NCBI RefSeq assembly: GCF_006345805.1
Contig: NC_043017.1
Location: 17,608,001 to 17,672,000, forward strand
DNA length: 64,000 nucleotides
Direction of reading: 5' to 3'
Source of the DNA: Octopus sinensis
Lineage: Eukaryota
The notes below the pieces were generated by a model that had not been told where the DNA came from, did no database searches, and saw nothing but the letters and a program-made list of their open reading frames with translations. The stretch's first letter is position 1; each line of letters starts with the position of its first letter. Of the stretch, positions 13,121 to 26,976 are shown piece after piece. Position numbers and translations under genes: made by a program.

Positions 13121-14555
13121 CTCTCCTCTCTCTCTCTCTCTCATAAGCGCTGAGCTAATGAGGGAGTTCTACATGGTAGCTCACACTACTAGAAATAGCA
13201 GTTAAATCTTTCTCATCTTAAAGAAAAGAAAAGAGAAATGTTTGGTAATGTGGTGATTGGGTTCTCCGGCAGAGAAGGAAAAAGACTGGATCGTCATGGT
13301 TGGAATGCCTTTGATCATAGGCTTGCTTGATCAGATCTGATCTGGTGTTAAACAACAACCATTGACCCTGCCTCCACAAACACACGTCTGCTGACACACA
13401 CATACGCACACACTGAAACATGCACACACACACACACACACGATCATCAACATCATCATCCAATGTATTATAGCCTTCAAAAGTCACTAACATCGTACAT
13501 TTGTAAGATTTGGGGTTAAGATCCTGTGAGGTGTCATTCTGCAGCAGACAACTTAATTTCAGTTGAATGGAATGGGTCAATGTGAAACGAAGGGTCTTAG
13601 CCAAGGATACAACATGCTACTTGGTCCAGTAACTGAACCTGCAACCTTGCAATCATGACTCAAACATCCTAACCACTTGTCCACAAGCCATTACACATAA
13701 ATACACATACGTATGTATCTATATATAAATGTACTGATATAAGCATACACATATATACATACATATACATTCGTACACACAAACACATATACAAACAGTA
13801 AGTTACATACAAATGCACATACATGCATAATCGCACTCCTATAAAGACACACACACACACACATATATACCATCATCGTTTAACGTCCGCTTTCCATGCT
13901 AGCATAGGTTGGACGATTTTGACTGAGGGCTGGTGAACCAGATGGCTGCACCAGGCTCCAATCTTGATCAGGCAATTTTGATATATATATATATATTGAA
14001 AACAAAAAATGGGTTGTGTGGGTTGTGTGTGTGTGTGTGTGTTGTGTGTTGTGTGTGTTATATATATATATATAATATATATATAGATATATATTGTATG
14101 TATGTATGTCTATATATGTGTTGTGTGTGTGTTATATATGTGGGTGTGTGTGTATATATATATGTATATCACCAACCAAGCACCAGCCGATCGTGGCCGA
14201 TGCCAGACCCTCCTGGCGCCTGTGCGGGTGGCACGTGGGGGGGCGCCCACTGCACTCTTGGGGTGGTTGGCGTTGGGAAGGGCATCCAGCTGTGGAAACT
14301 CTGCCGGATCGGACTGGGCCTGAGGCGGCCTTCTGGCTTCACAGACCCCGGTTGAACCGTCCAACCCATGCTAGCATGGAAAGCGGACGTTAAACGATGA
14401 TGATGATGAGATATATATATATATATGCTAGTACACAAACACACATACATACATACATACATATATATCTAGTACACAAAAACACATACATAATACACAC
14501 ACAAAGATACATGCAATTTTAAATGGACAGACCAAAATAAGTACCTGACACTCTT

Positions 14556-14588
<33 letters not shown>

Positions 14589-16787
14589 GTGTTGATAACA
14601 ATAATGTCACACTCAACATTACCTCTTCCCAGTAATATCCATACTGGGTGTAGAAGCAGCGCCAATCATTGTAACTGCTGTAGCTATAATTATAGTTGTC
14701 ATGGTATAAATTATTCCATTCTGATGTCATTCTAACAAAATATATTTTTTTTCTTTGTTTTTGTATTATTTTTCTACAAGCTTTGGTTAGCTTGTTTTTT
14801 TTTTTTGATTTGTGGTGTAACTATATGTATGTGTATATGATGTAGTACAGATCCAATACTAAGAAAAACTATCAGATGTTTCCTCACAAGGAGTAACTAC
14901 TTTTACTACCAAGTGTTAAATAGAAACTAATCTAAATGCATCATAAAGACTAATAATCATGAAAATGAGGTCTTTCAGATGGAGGATGGAGGGAGAGAGG
15001 GCGGGAGAGAGCATATAAAAAAATCATTAATAATAATAATAACAGCAATAAATAAAAAAAAAGACTATAATGATGGATTTAGTTACTGAATTGATCCGAT
15101 CTCATTATCAACAAAAAATAAGAAAATAAAAAAAAATTAATATATGGAAAATACAGAAGAGAAAACATTTAAAAATAAGAAAATATTTTTTTTTAAATTA
15201 GAAAAAAAAAATGAATGAAAATATATATATTTTTTAAATCTATAAAATATTATATAGACAAAATAAGAAGAATCAGTAAAAAAAAATGAAAAATAAAAAA
15301 AATATTAATAAAAAAAGAAAAACTTTTTTTAAAAAATAGGAAAAGTAAAAAAAAAAATAAAGAGCAAAGAGAAAAAAATTTTTAAATTAATGGAGTGAAA
15401 AATGATGAGAGAAAAGGAGGAGGAGTAGAGGGAGTTGAGATGGGAAGTTAAGAGGGAGTTAGGGGATAGTTTTAAGGGAGTTCTGAGGTAGAAGGATAGT
15501 AAAGAAAAAGACGAAATATTTATATTTATGAATTTTAAGTTTAGGTTTCAGTCAAGGTTAATTACTTGTGAAACAGATTAGTAGTTAATTAGGTGATTTT
15601 ATTTAATTTTTATTAGTTTCTTATATAGTTTACATTGTTTTAGTTTGTTATTTAGTTAAGTTGCTTTGTGTTAAGCTGGGTGGGTGTATATGTATGTGTG
15701 TGTGTGTGTGTCTCCATATGCATTTATATACCTACACATGTATGAATGCCTATAATATTCACATACATGTAATATATATACATATGTATATACACAAACA
15801 AATATGCATATAACAACACATGTATATATACATACACATACCTACAAACACAAATGTTGTCACAAAGAAGAACTGTTTTTACAACCAACTGTTAAATAGA
15901 AATGCATCTACCCACTGCATCATACAGACTAATGGCTAAATATATATAAATGCACACATAAACACACATCCACATACAAATATATGTATATATATATATA
16001 TATATATACATTGACATACAAGTGCAACTATGGTTGTGCAGTCAGCAAGTTAGCTTTGCAATGATATAGTTTCTGGTTCAATCCCACCCTGCAGCACTTT
16101 GGACAAATATCTTCTACTATAAGCTCAGGTCAACCAAAGTCTTGTGAAAGAAATTTGGTAAATGGAATGTATGAAAACCTATTGGAAGGGCCATTCTTCA
16201 TTCTTTGGAGGTTGAGGTTTAATCTACCATTCAGTTTAGCTCTGGTACAAGTCTTTGGTTAACATGACGCTATGATAGAAACTTGTCAAAGGTGTCACGG
16301 AAATGAAACCAAAACCACTTGGTTGCAAAGCAATCTTCTTTGTTGCATAACTATACTGCACTTATGTATCTGGGTGCATATACCTGTGTGTGTGTGTGCA
16401 TATATGTGTGCATATGAGTTTGTATGTATGTATCACACACACAAACTCTGTAAAGTGGTTGGCATTAGGAAGAAGCATTCATGCCAAATTAGACATCTGG
16501 AACTCAGCACCATCCTCTGGCTTGTCAAATCTTCTCAAACCATCCAACTCATGCCAGCATGGAATATGTAGGGTAAACGATGATTAGGATGATGATAAAT
16601 TTTCATGCTTACATGAGTCAAACGGAATTTATCGAGGCAGATTCTCTTTGGCTAGGTGCCAACACTTACTTGTTTCCATGCAAGGTAATACTTCCTCATG
16701 ATCAGACATGTTTTTATGGCAGATTGAAAATGAAAGGCACTGCTTCTAGGATGATGATACTTGTTTTACAATTGCTGTGAACTTTAA

Positions 16788-17217
16788 CCCTTTAGCATTT
16801 AAACCAGTCATATCTGGCCCAAATATACCACCTATTTTATGTTCTAACCCAGTGGTTTTCAACCAGGGTTCCGCCAGTACAGTCCAGGGGTTCCGCAAGA
16901 ATTTACAAAACTGCTAAAATCTGCAGTAATTTTTAATTCTCCTGTGCAGATATGTGTGCATAAGACTATTAAATTATTGCACAGGGGTTCCTCGAGCCAG
17001 TGGAATGCTTCCTTGAGGTTTCGCTCCAGCAAAAAGTTTGAAAAGCACTGTTCTAACCATCCAGGTGCAGCCTATCACACCTACCATTCAATGTCAGTTC
17101 AAAAATATACAACTACATCAGCAAGATTTCAAAGCTATGAGATAAAGCATGATTAACTTTAAAACAACGTGAATGAAAAAGTACTACCGTTGACAGAATA
17201 ATCTGAATGCTAAAGGG
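16788..17217. mobile_element. piggyBac-type MITE carrying a nested hAT MITE
   Basis: TTAA|ccctttagcatt ... aatgctaaaggg|TTAA. Related copies at about 43725-43945, 43980-44735 and 47350-47490. Confidence 0.85.
16850..17050. mobile_element. hAT-type MITE
   Basis: TIR cagtggttttcaa / ttgaaaagcactg with 8-bp TSD ttctaacc (16842-16849 and 17051-17058). Confidence 0.9.
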
Positions 17218-18269
17218 TTAAAAAGATTAAAAAAAAAAAAAGTGGGGACACAGCAGCAGAAGACACAGGGGAGGGGCTATGGGTCACAAACCCCAGAACA
17301 AATGGAGTGCTCAGCCACACCTGTAGTAAAGACTGCGATGGCATTGCCATGGAGAATGGCCAGCGACACTCGCTGCAGTAGCTACTCCAGCTCATGGAGC
17401 TCTAACGAACCACCACTATCCCTATTTTGCAGAGGAGATCAGTAGTGCAAGGTCCTAGAACCCCTGACATCTCAACAGCAACCAGCACAAACTGATAGCA
17501 GCCAGCCAAGCTCTTATACCTATAGTTGCGTGATGTCAAGACAAGGTAATAGGCACATGCACACATACAGGTGCATATGATAAGTTTCTTTTAGTCCCTG
17601 TCTATCAGATCCATTCACAAGGCTTTGATTGGCCCAGGGCTATAGTACAAAACTGTTTCTCAAAGTACCACCATGTAGAACTGAACTGAAATCATGTCAA
17701 GAAGCAAACTTTTAAACTACATACATACATACATACATACATACATACATACATACAGTAAAAGATACATACACACACATAAAAAAACACATACATATAC
17801 ATACACACATATATCACAATATATATATACATAGATACATACACACATAAATATGCACATACACACAAATACATGCACATACACACACAAATATACACAG
17901 ACACAAATACAACACACACAAATAAAATCAGCTGAGTTATTAGGACAGTGAACAGGTGAGACAACATTTAAAAATATATATTTTTTTTTTTCCTTTCTAA
18001 TATCATCAAAAACTGTTTATTTCAGAGAACGATAAATAACAAAACAACCGTAAAACAAAAATTTAATCAAAATACAAAAAAACAAACAATCTAAGATGAA
18101 ACCCCTAAATAGTAATTGAAAACACAACTAGGGTGTGTTAGAGGGGTGAGTTAAATATGAAAAATGAGATGAATTATCATTAGGAACAGTTTTGTAGTTT
18201 TCTTTCGAACAAGAAAAATCATGTTTAAATTTACATAAAAAATATTATATGTAATTTGAAGACGATGAT

Positions 18270-18572
18270 GGTTGTGGGTGATAAGAAATTTGATGATGGT
18301 GGTGGTGGTTGTCGTAGTGGTGATGATGGTGGTGGTTGTCGTAGTGGTGATGATGAAGGTGGCGGTTGTGGCAATGATGAAGGTGGTAGTGGTGAACCAT
18401 TTGACTGTGGTGATAATGATGGTGATGGTGGGGGTAGTGACATTGATGAGAGTGATGGTGATGATAGTAATGATGATGAAGATAGTGATGATGCATATGA
18501 TGATGGTATTGATGGTGGTAATGATACGATGATGATGACGACGACTATGATGATAGTGATGATGATGATATA
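18270..18572. repeat. (GAT/GGT)n low-complexity tract with short tandem duplication
   Basis: gatgatggtggtggttgtcgtagtggt repeated; explains several spurious ORFs. Confidence 0.85.
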
Positions 18573-18884
18573 TCATTTAGAAATCATTAAGTTGTAAATC
18601 TTATCCACTTTGTCAGTATCAAATGATGAAAGTTTTAGTTCAGAAATAGATAGATAGATAAAGACAGAGAGAGAGAGATAGAAAGAGAGAGAGATGAGGG
18701 AGAGAGATGTGTGCTTTCAGGAGATTAAGTGCTTACATCAACTTGTAGAAGACTTTTCATATCACAATACGGAGAATGTTCCAGCATAACTACACCGCTG
18801 TGTGCATATCTGTGTATATATGCATATATACACATACATATATATTTATATACACATATATATATATTTTTATATATATATATA

Positions 18885-18925
<41 letters not shown>

Positions 18926-19107
18926 TATATAAGAGTTATACGCAGAGGGATGCCACTAAGTGGTTTTCCATCACGCTAGAAATGGGAGTTAAATCCTATG
19001 CATATATACACACACACACATATATATATATATACATACATACATACATCATCGTTTAACGTCCGCTTTCTATGCTAGCATGGGTTGATACATATATATA
19101 TATATAT

Positions 19108-19300
19108 AGTTAATCCAAACATGAAAACACAAAGAGAAAACACAACACAAGGACATGGAACAAGTATAGTGTTATTGGACACTCAGGAAAGGAAAGAAAG
19201 GAGGAGGATTTAACGTTACAAGCGGAGCTCTTCGTCAGAAACATAGGAAAAGGAAAGATCCAAAGAAGAGAAGTCGGAGGAAAAAAATCGCCAACGATAC
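19108..19300 (-). mobile_element. Short (TA)n-anchored unit with decayed HHR
   Basis: Minus strand 19208-19242: gttt CTGACGA agagc-tcc-gctt GTAAC GTT aaa (GAAAC mutated to GTAAC). Confidence 0.6.
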
Positions 19301-19912
19301 ATACATATATATCATCATCGTTTAACGTCCGTTTTCCGCGCTAGCACAGGTTAGCCTTCAAATGACGCCACCCTGCTGGCTAAGCGAGCAGGCCAACAGA
19401 AGAAAGAGTGAGAGAAAGTTGCGGCGAAAGAGTACAGCAGGGATCGGCACCACCCCCTGCCGGAGCCTCGTGGAGCTATAGGTGTTTACGCTCAATAAAC
19501 ACTCACAACGCCCGGTCTGGGAATCGAAACCGCGAGCCCGCTGCCCTAATCACTATATATATAGACATACATATATACATACATACTTACATATATATAC
19601 ATACATATATATATATGGTGCACTATCCCGCAGAAGATGACAAATGAGCATTCTGCTTTTGCCAAACAACCTGCACAAATGAATTGCTCATAGCGATCAA
19701 ATATTCATGCAACATATTAGCTCAGGTGCTTCATCAAATCAATGTTGTCTGAACAGGTGCACTGTGTGCGACGCATCAGGTGTTGAAGTGATGGCAGAAC
19801 AACATGAGATGAAGTGTTTTGCTCAAGAATACAAAGCACCACCCGGTCCAGGAATTGAAACTACAATCTCAAGATCAGGAATCCAACACCCTAACTACTA
19901 AGCCATGTACCC

Positions 19913-19959
<47 letters not shown>

Positions 19960-20297
19960 TACCTACATATATATATATATATATATATATACATTTATAT
20001 ATTTGTTGTGCAAGATTTTTTATGTGAAGTCGTGTGTTGAAACAGATATTGTTATATTTCGGAATGGTCATTTTGCCAGTTTAGCCAATAAATAAGATTA
20101 AGATTAATGTAAAAAATAAATAACACTGAAGCAAAATAACACCAAATATATAGTGCGTGTGTTTTTATTGGCTAAAATGACCATTCTGAAATATAACAAT
20201 ATATATATATGTACACACATACATACACACACACAAAGATATATAGACATATATAGCTATATATATATATATATTTTGCTTCCCCACCATGTATGTG

Positions 20298-20327
<30 letters not shown>

Positions 20328-20328
<1 letters not shown>

Positions 20329-21238
20329 ATGGTGGGGAAGCAAAATTTACAATGAACGTTAAGTTGTTTTTTCTCAACAGCCACTAAGTCAATTGTGTTG
20401 AAACCTAGCATATATTGATGTCATAATCATACCTAACAATGTTATCCTTGCCTTTTCAGAAACTTTTGTCCATATGAGTAATCAGGAAAGCAAAAGAGTG
20501 TGTGATTTGCTGAATGCACTCGTCATACCAAGGATTTCAATAATAGTTGGAATGTCCATAAAGACTGTTTATAATGTAAAGAATAGAATGACTATGAGCA
20601 AAACTATTACGAGGAAGTCTGGAAGTGGAGGAATCAACAAAAAATGTACCAAAGCTTTTATTAAAGCTCTCAAATCCAAAATCCTAAAGGATCCAACCAA
20701 ATCCACGAGAAAAATGGCAATTGAACTTGAGGTAGACAGCAAGACCATTAGAAATGCAGTAAAATATGATTTGAGGTAAAAATCTTACGTAAGAACACCA
20801 AAACACTTGTTGACAACAGCTATGAAGGAAAAGAGATTGGAAATGAGCAAGAAAATTATTACATGGTTCAAGAAAAAGTCCTCCATTGTAACAATCTTTT
20901 CAGGTGAAAAGATCTTCACTGCCAATGCTGTTCTGAACTGCAGAAATGACAGATTTATCGCAAAATCGACAGCTGAGGTTAAGGGGACATTCAAAACAGA
21001 ACAACCTGCTCAAGTTATGGCTTTTGGTGTTGTGTCTTCCGATGGAAAGAAAATGCCTATAAAATTCTACAAAGCTGATGAAAAGATCAATGTGAATACT
21101 TACTACAAGACTCTGAGATACCAGGTATTGCGATGGCTTAAAGCAAACTACCTAGATGGTAATTATGTATGGACACAGGAAGGTGCTCCAGCCCACACAG
21201 CTAGAAAAATACAAGATTACTGCAAATACAATTTTAGC
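20328..21238 (+). mobile_element. Tc1/mariner transposon, maT (DD37D)-like transposase pseudogene, 3'-truncated
   Basis: ORFs 20474-20779 and 20807-21409 are in the same frame with one premature TAA. HTH region, then IFSGEKIFT, QVMAFGVVSSDGKKMP, YVWTQEGAPAHTA (catalytic D changed to G and E). TA + TIR catggtggggaagc at the left end. Confidence 0.9.
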
Positions 21239-21469
21239 ATGTGTGCATGTAAGAAAAAACATTTTCTCACAGAAAAGTATGCTATTAAAATGAATTATCA
21301 TTTACATACCACTGTGGATAAATGCCAGCAATGCCCTTCTCAGGCTCTCCACAACTCAAAACTGTGGCCATGCTGGGGCATGGCCATTTTACTACACTGT
21401 TATCATTGAGAGCCTCTTCTGATATGTGGCATTTGGTGAATAAGGGAGTTTGATCGTGTTACCCTCATT

Positions 21470-21750
21470 TGCACCTTCTATCACAAAGTAGGCTCATCTG
21501 GGACTCTTGACAAGAAGAGATCCAGTTCTAATTTGAAAACACCTACATCCACTTTGTGTTGGTTTCTCAGGCTCTTTGGAAGAATATTAAAAAGTTGTGG
21601 GTCCCTGAAACCCAGGCTGTTGCTGCAACTGGTCCCGAAGCATGATAGCATTACTGGGATCTTTGGCATTGTGTAGTTTTCAATGCTAAAATTTGGCACA
21701 AGCCCTTCCAGGATATTCCAGATATTGATTACTGCATTCCTTCTATACTT
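21470..21750 (-). mobile_element. LINE (CR1/Jockey-group) ORF2 C-terminal fragment
   Basis: FRDPQLFNILPKSLRN...FKLELDLFLSRVPDEP motif. Confidence 0.75.
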
Positions 21751-21777
21751 AGATTACACTATTTTCCTATGTGTGTG

Positions 21778-21815
<38 letters not shown>

Positions 21816-22116
21816 GGAGGCGCAATGGCCCAGTGGTTAGGGCAGTGGACTCGCGGTCGTAGGATCGCGGTTTCGATTCCCAGACCAGGTGTTGTGAGTG
21901 TTTATTGAGCGAAAACACCTTAAAAAAAGCTCCACGACGCTCCAGCAGGGGGTGGTGATCCCTGCTGTACTCTTTCACCCATTCTTTCTCCCACTCTTTC
22001 TTCTGTTGGCCTGCTCGCTTAGCCAGCGGGGTGGCATCATTAGGAGGCTAAAACAATGCGATCGCATTGTAACCAGCGATGTGTAACAACATCTGATGGT
22101 CTGGTCGGTCACGTGA
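21816..22116 (+). mobile_element. tRNA-derived SINE family D (ggaggcgcaatggcccagtgg head), full length, between (TA)n tracts
   Basis: Box A tggcccagtggttagg and box B ggtttcgattccc. Related copies at about 19330-19552(-), 23790-23999(-), 48800-48885(-, tail) and 9415-9720(+). Confidence 0.85.
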
Positions 22117-22620
22117 TATATATATATTATAGGGTAAGGGGGGTCAACAAGCAGAATAGCACTCGATCAGCTAAGTGAGTAAAGATAATGTTATAATAAA
22201 AAAACCCACAAATCTCGTTACCCAGGATTTCTTGATTGAAATAATAATTTTTTTCACCGTTTATCAAGTTGAGAACAACTGACAAATGGTCTTGTACATT
22301 AATTTCATGAGCAGGCTGTTCTCTTGATCAGATCAACTGGATCGCCCATTGTCCCAACCAACGGAGTGCAAGTTTTAAGCATTCAGCTTACTGTCAAATG
22401 TAAAGCTTATCGTCTCATTAGCAACAACCATATTTATCTTCAAATTACACATATAGGTGCAGGAGTGACTGTGTGGTAAGTAGCTTGCTAACCAACCACA
22501 TGGTTCCGGGTTCAGTCCCACTGCGTGGCATCTTGGGCATGTGTCTTCTGCTATAGCCCCGGGCCAACCAATGCCTTGTGAGTGGATTTGGTAGACGGAA
22601 ACTGAAAGAAGCCTGTTGTA

Positions 22621-22675
<55 letters not shown>

Positions 22676-24456
22676 GTGTGTGTGTGTGTGTTTGTGTGTC
22701 TGTGTTTGTCCCCCTAGCATTGCTTGACAACCGATGCTGGTGTGTTTATGTCCCCGTCACTTAGCGGTTCGGCAAAAGAGACCGATAGAATAAGTACTGG
22801 GCTTACGAAGAATAAGTCCCGGGGTCGATTTGCTCGACTAAAGGTGGTGCTCCAGCATGGCCACAGGCAAATGACTGAAACAAGTAAAAGAGAGAAAGAA
22901 AGAGAGAGATATGTAAACATGATTTATCAATTTATTGAATTATTTGAATTAATCATACATTATCTCATAACTTTAAGACTTTGACAACATTATTGTTTAT
23001 TTTTAGAATGACATTGTAGGACTTGTGTGAGAAGCTGAATCTGATCAGTTTTAACATAAAACAGAATATTTGGTTGGATATGACTTCTTTAAATGTTAGG
23101 TTTAAGGAGTCCTTAAGCCTGTTGTCATTGTTTTTGCTAGATCCCATAGGATTCATTTTCATGGTTATCAAAAGCAAGATTTGAACTCAGAACATACAGA
23201 ACCAACACAGATATACCAGAATGCATCTTCTCAGAGGCTCTAACAATCTGTTGATCCACCACACTGAACTGATATTTAATTGATCAACCTTGAATGGGAG
23301 AAAAACTAAGATGATTGTGCGTCTGTGTTTTTTCCCCCAGCATCGCTTGACAACCGATGTTGGTGTGTTTACATCCCCGTAACTTAGCAGTTCAGCAGAA
23401 GAGACCGATAGAATAAGTCCTGGGGTTGATAGGCTCAACTAAAGGCGGTGCTCCGGCATGGCCACAGTCAAATGACTGAAACAAGTAATAGAGAAAAAGA
23501 GTAACGAGTAACCTGCTAGCTTATACCATACTTTTGCTCATTGTTTTAGGTACCTGTGTATTCACATGTAGACATGGATATCCTCTGTCTTTTTCCCTTT
23601 TGAACTCAGAACATCAAGGATGTGACAGCTAGAAGGGGAGAACAGTGCCTGGTTGGTACTCATTTCAGCTGAGTAGACTACAACAATTTTTTATTTTTTA
23701 TTTGTTCCTTCTCGAGCCATACCTGGCTCATAAGGGCCGGTTTCCCGGTTTCCTTGGCGTATAAGTTCCCCACCTGGACGGGACGCCAGTCCGTCGCAGG
23801 TGAGCTGCAACATGGAGGAGGAAAGAGTGAGAGAAAGTTGTGGCAAAAAAGTCAGCAGAAGTTCACCATTACCTTCTGCCGGAGCTGCGTGGAGCTTAGG
23901 TGTTTCGCTCATAAACACACACACATCGCCTGGTCTGAGATTCGAACCGCGATCCCTCGACCGCGAGTCCGCTGCTCTAACCACTGGGCCATGTGCCTCC
24001 ACAGACTAGAACAATGTGAAACTAAGTGCTCTGCTCAAGGTCATAGTGTATCACCCAGTCCAAGAATCAAACCCACAATCTTATGATTGAACAGCCAACA
24101 CCCTAACCATGAGGACACGTGCCTTTGTAACAATTGTCTCTTAACACCATTAGTTACTGTTTGTTTTCAGTTAATAAACCACCAACAATGATGGAACACA
24201 CAGATACATGGACACATATTAGTCTTCTTTCCCAAATCACAAATGGACACAAAATAATTGGGTGTTCAGACAGCAGCAGCAGCAGTAGTAGTAGTAGTAG
24301 TTACAGCAGCAGTAGCAACTGGTTATGGATCTTTAAATCCCTATAATCAGTGGCTTTGGTAATTATTGTTAAGCCTGGCTCTATCAATGTATCATCAACT
24401 GAAATCATCTTAACTACAATAACATTTCATCACTGATAGGCCAGCCAGCCAGCCAA

Positions 24457-24491
<35 letters not shown>

Positions 24492-26344
24492 ACCAGCCAG
24501 CCAGCCAAACAAACAACCAGCTGGCCGACCAATGAACCAACCAAGCAACCAACTGACCAACCATTAAAGCACACTAAATCATTATCATTTTAGAGACATT
24601 ATTGCATGTCCCCCACCACAATACACTTATATAAGTATAAACTGTCACGCGCACATATGCAGTCGCATACAAATGTACATGTACACAATCATACTCATAA
24701 CAATACACGCAGTCACACACACACACACATACACACACTTCCTCTCCACCTCTCTTGGCAAGCTATAATTAAAGTCGTTCATAGTTATTATTACTCTAAA
24801 CACATGAATGGTTCACATCTAACCTCTTCTCTACAGACTGTTCATGCAATGTTCTAAATCCTTAAATATAACCATCATCGTGATCATCATCACTCAAAAG
24901 GATATGAAGGGTGTGTGTGTGTGTGTGTATGCATGCACACACATGTATGCGTATGCTTTGATTTTGGGGGCTTGTTTTTAAGGAATTTTTAGGTGAAACC
25001 TGATGCTAGGCAAAGCTTGGACATCCTGATCAAAACTAATTTAAATGCATGGACACATACGCACACATGTTATATAAATGTAGATGAATTTATATAATGT
25101 ATCATCATCCTTTAATGTCCATTGTCCATACTGGCATGGGCTGAACTGTGTGACCAGGGCTGGTAAGCCGCACCAGACTCCAGTCTGATTTGGCATGGTT
25201 TTCTACAACTGGATGTCCTTCCTAACGCCAACCACTCTGAGAGTGTAATGGGCGCTTTTATGTGCCACTGGCACGGGTGCCATTTGCATGACACCAGTAT
25301 CTGCCATGGCTGTGATTTTGCTCGATTTGATGGGTCTTCTTCTCAAGCATATACATACACATACATGTATGTGTGCCTTTGTGTCTGTTGTCCCTCCGTT
25401 ACAACATGACAACTGGTGCTGGTGTGTTTTCAAAGCCTGGTACTTATTCTATTGGTCTCCTTTGTCGAACTACTAAGTTATGGGAGTGTAAAACACACCA
25501 ACACTAGTTGTTACACAGTGGTGGCTTGGACAAACAAAGACACACATACGCATACAAAGCCATGATGAGCTTCTTTCAGTTTCCGACTACCTAATTCACT
25601 TTGGTTGACTTAAGGTTATAGTAGAGGACACTTGCACACGGGGACTGAACCCAGAACTATGTGGTTGGGAAGCAAGCTTCTTACCACACAGCCATGCCTG
25701 CACACACACACACAATGTATGTATATTGATAAAAACAGGAAACATAAAACTCAAAATATGAGTATATATATATATATATATTTGTATTAATATTTTGTAG
25801 AGGTCACTTCAGCTAAATATTAATAAAAACAATAACCACCACAGATGATGATCAAAATATTCATCACCGACACCGATGGAGTGACCATGCCTGCCCCATG
25901 TTACCACCTATTTCTTTATTACCCACAAGGGGTTAAACACAGAGAGGACAAACAAGGACAGACACACGGATTAAGTCGATCATATCTTTCCCCCAGTGCG
26001 TAACTGGTACTTATTTAATCGACCCCGAAAGGATGAAAGGCAAAGTTGACCTCAGCGGAATTTGAACTCAGAACGTAAAGAAAGCCGAAATAGCACTAAG
26101 CACTTCGCTTGGCTAACGTTTCTGCCAGCTCGCCACCTTTACCACCTGCCACACCCACACTACTGCCGGCAGCATCAACACCAACCATATGACCAGAGAT
26201 GAAAACCACAGCGATAACAAATGTGGAGATGGCAGATGTACCAGCCCCACCAGGTCATTGCGCCCTAACAACGACATCAACACTGGTGATACCAATATCC
26301 TTGGGCCCAGAGCTTACCAGAGATACACGAGGAGTATGAATATA

Positions 26345-26942
26345 GCCACCTCCCAAGCTTGTAAATATATCGGATCAGGCTGCACATCTTTCAAACTATG
26401 CTTCTGCAACCACCAGTCATCTTTCAGAGTCCCAGAAAGACATTTTGTCACATTCCTGGCCAGCCATGTGTAGCACCTCAAACATCAAGAGACCCCCATA
26501 TGATATCAGGTAGAAGATCTTAGATCATCCAGGCCTATATATTAATGGGAGTGTCCATTGCAAAATCTGCACCGCAGACAGAACCAAAATTCTCAAAGAC
26601 TAAGCTAAGCTTGACACATTAAACAACTGCAAAGAGATTTTCTGAAAAGCTGTTCATTTCAAGCGCTACCTACAAGATAATTGGATCTCACCGTTTCTTG
26701 ATTAGGTTAATATGAGACCGTAAAGATTTTCATTAAAGCTTCTTTGTATCCTCTGGTCCAGGGGAGATAACCTGTCCTCAACGTTTTTATATTGGATCTT
26801 GTTATCCTAATGTTTCCTCATGCCCACGAGGTGGAAAATTAAATTTTTTTCTTTGCATAGAGTCTGATGAGCTGCCTACAAGGCTGTAGCTTTTGTGGAC
26901 AAGAACCCATTGGTCACTCTATGACCAGAATTTAACTTTTTG

Positions 26943-26950
<8 letters not shown>
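26345..26950 (+). mobile_element. Penelope-like element 3' end: GIY-YIG remnant + pLTR-like tail with decayed HHR
   Basis: CKYIGSGCTSFKLCFCNHQSSFR...FLASHV*HLK...YINGSVHCKIC...TLNNCKEIF. HHR-like motif at 26859-26920; unit ends at (TA)n. Confidence 0.8.

Positions 26951-26976
<26 letters not shown>

Noticed and set aside
18151-18597. Gly/Asp-, His- and Thr-rich ORFs
   Set aside because: Low-complexity GAT/GGT tract with no supporting splice structure.
21816-21890. SINE heads as functional tRNA genes (also about 44368-44440)
   Set aside because: No complete cloverleaf, and they continue directly into repeat bodies.
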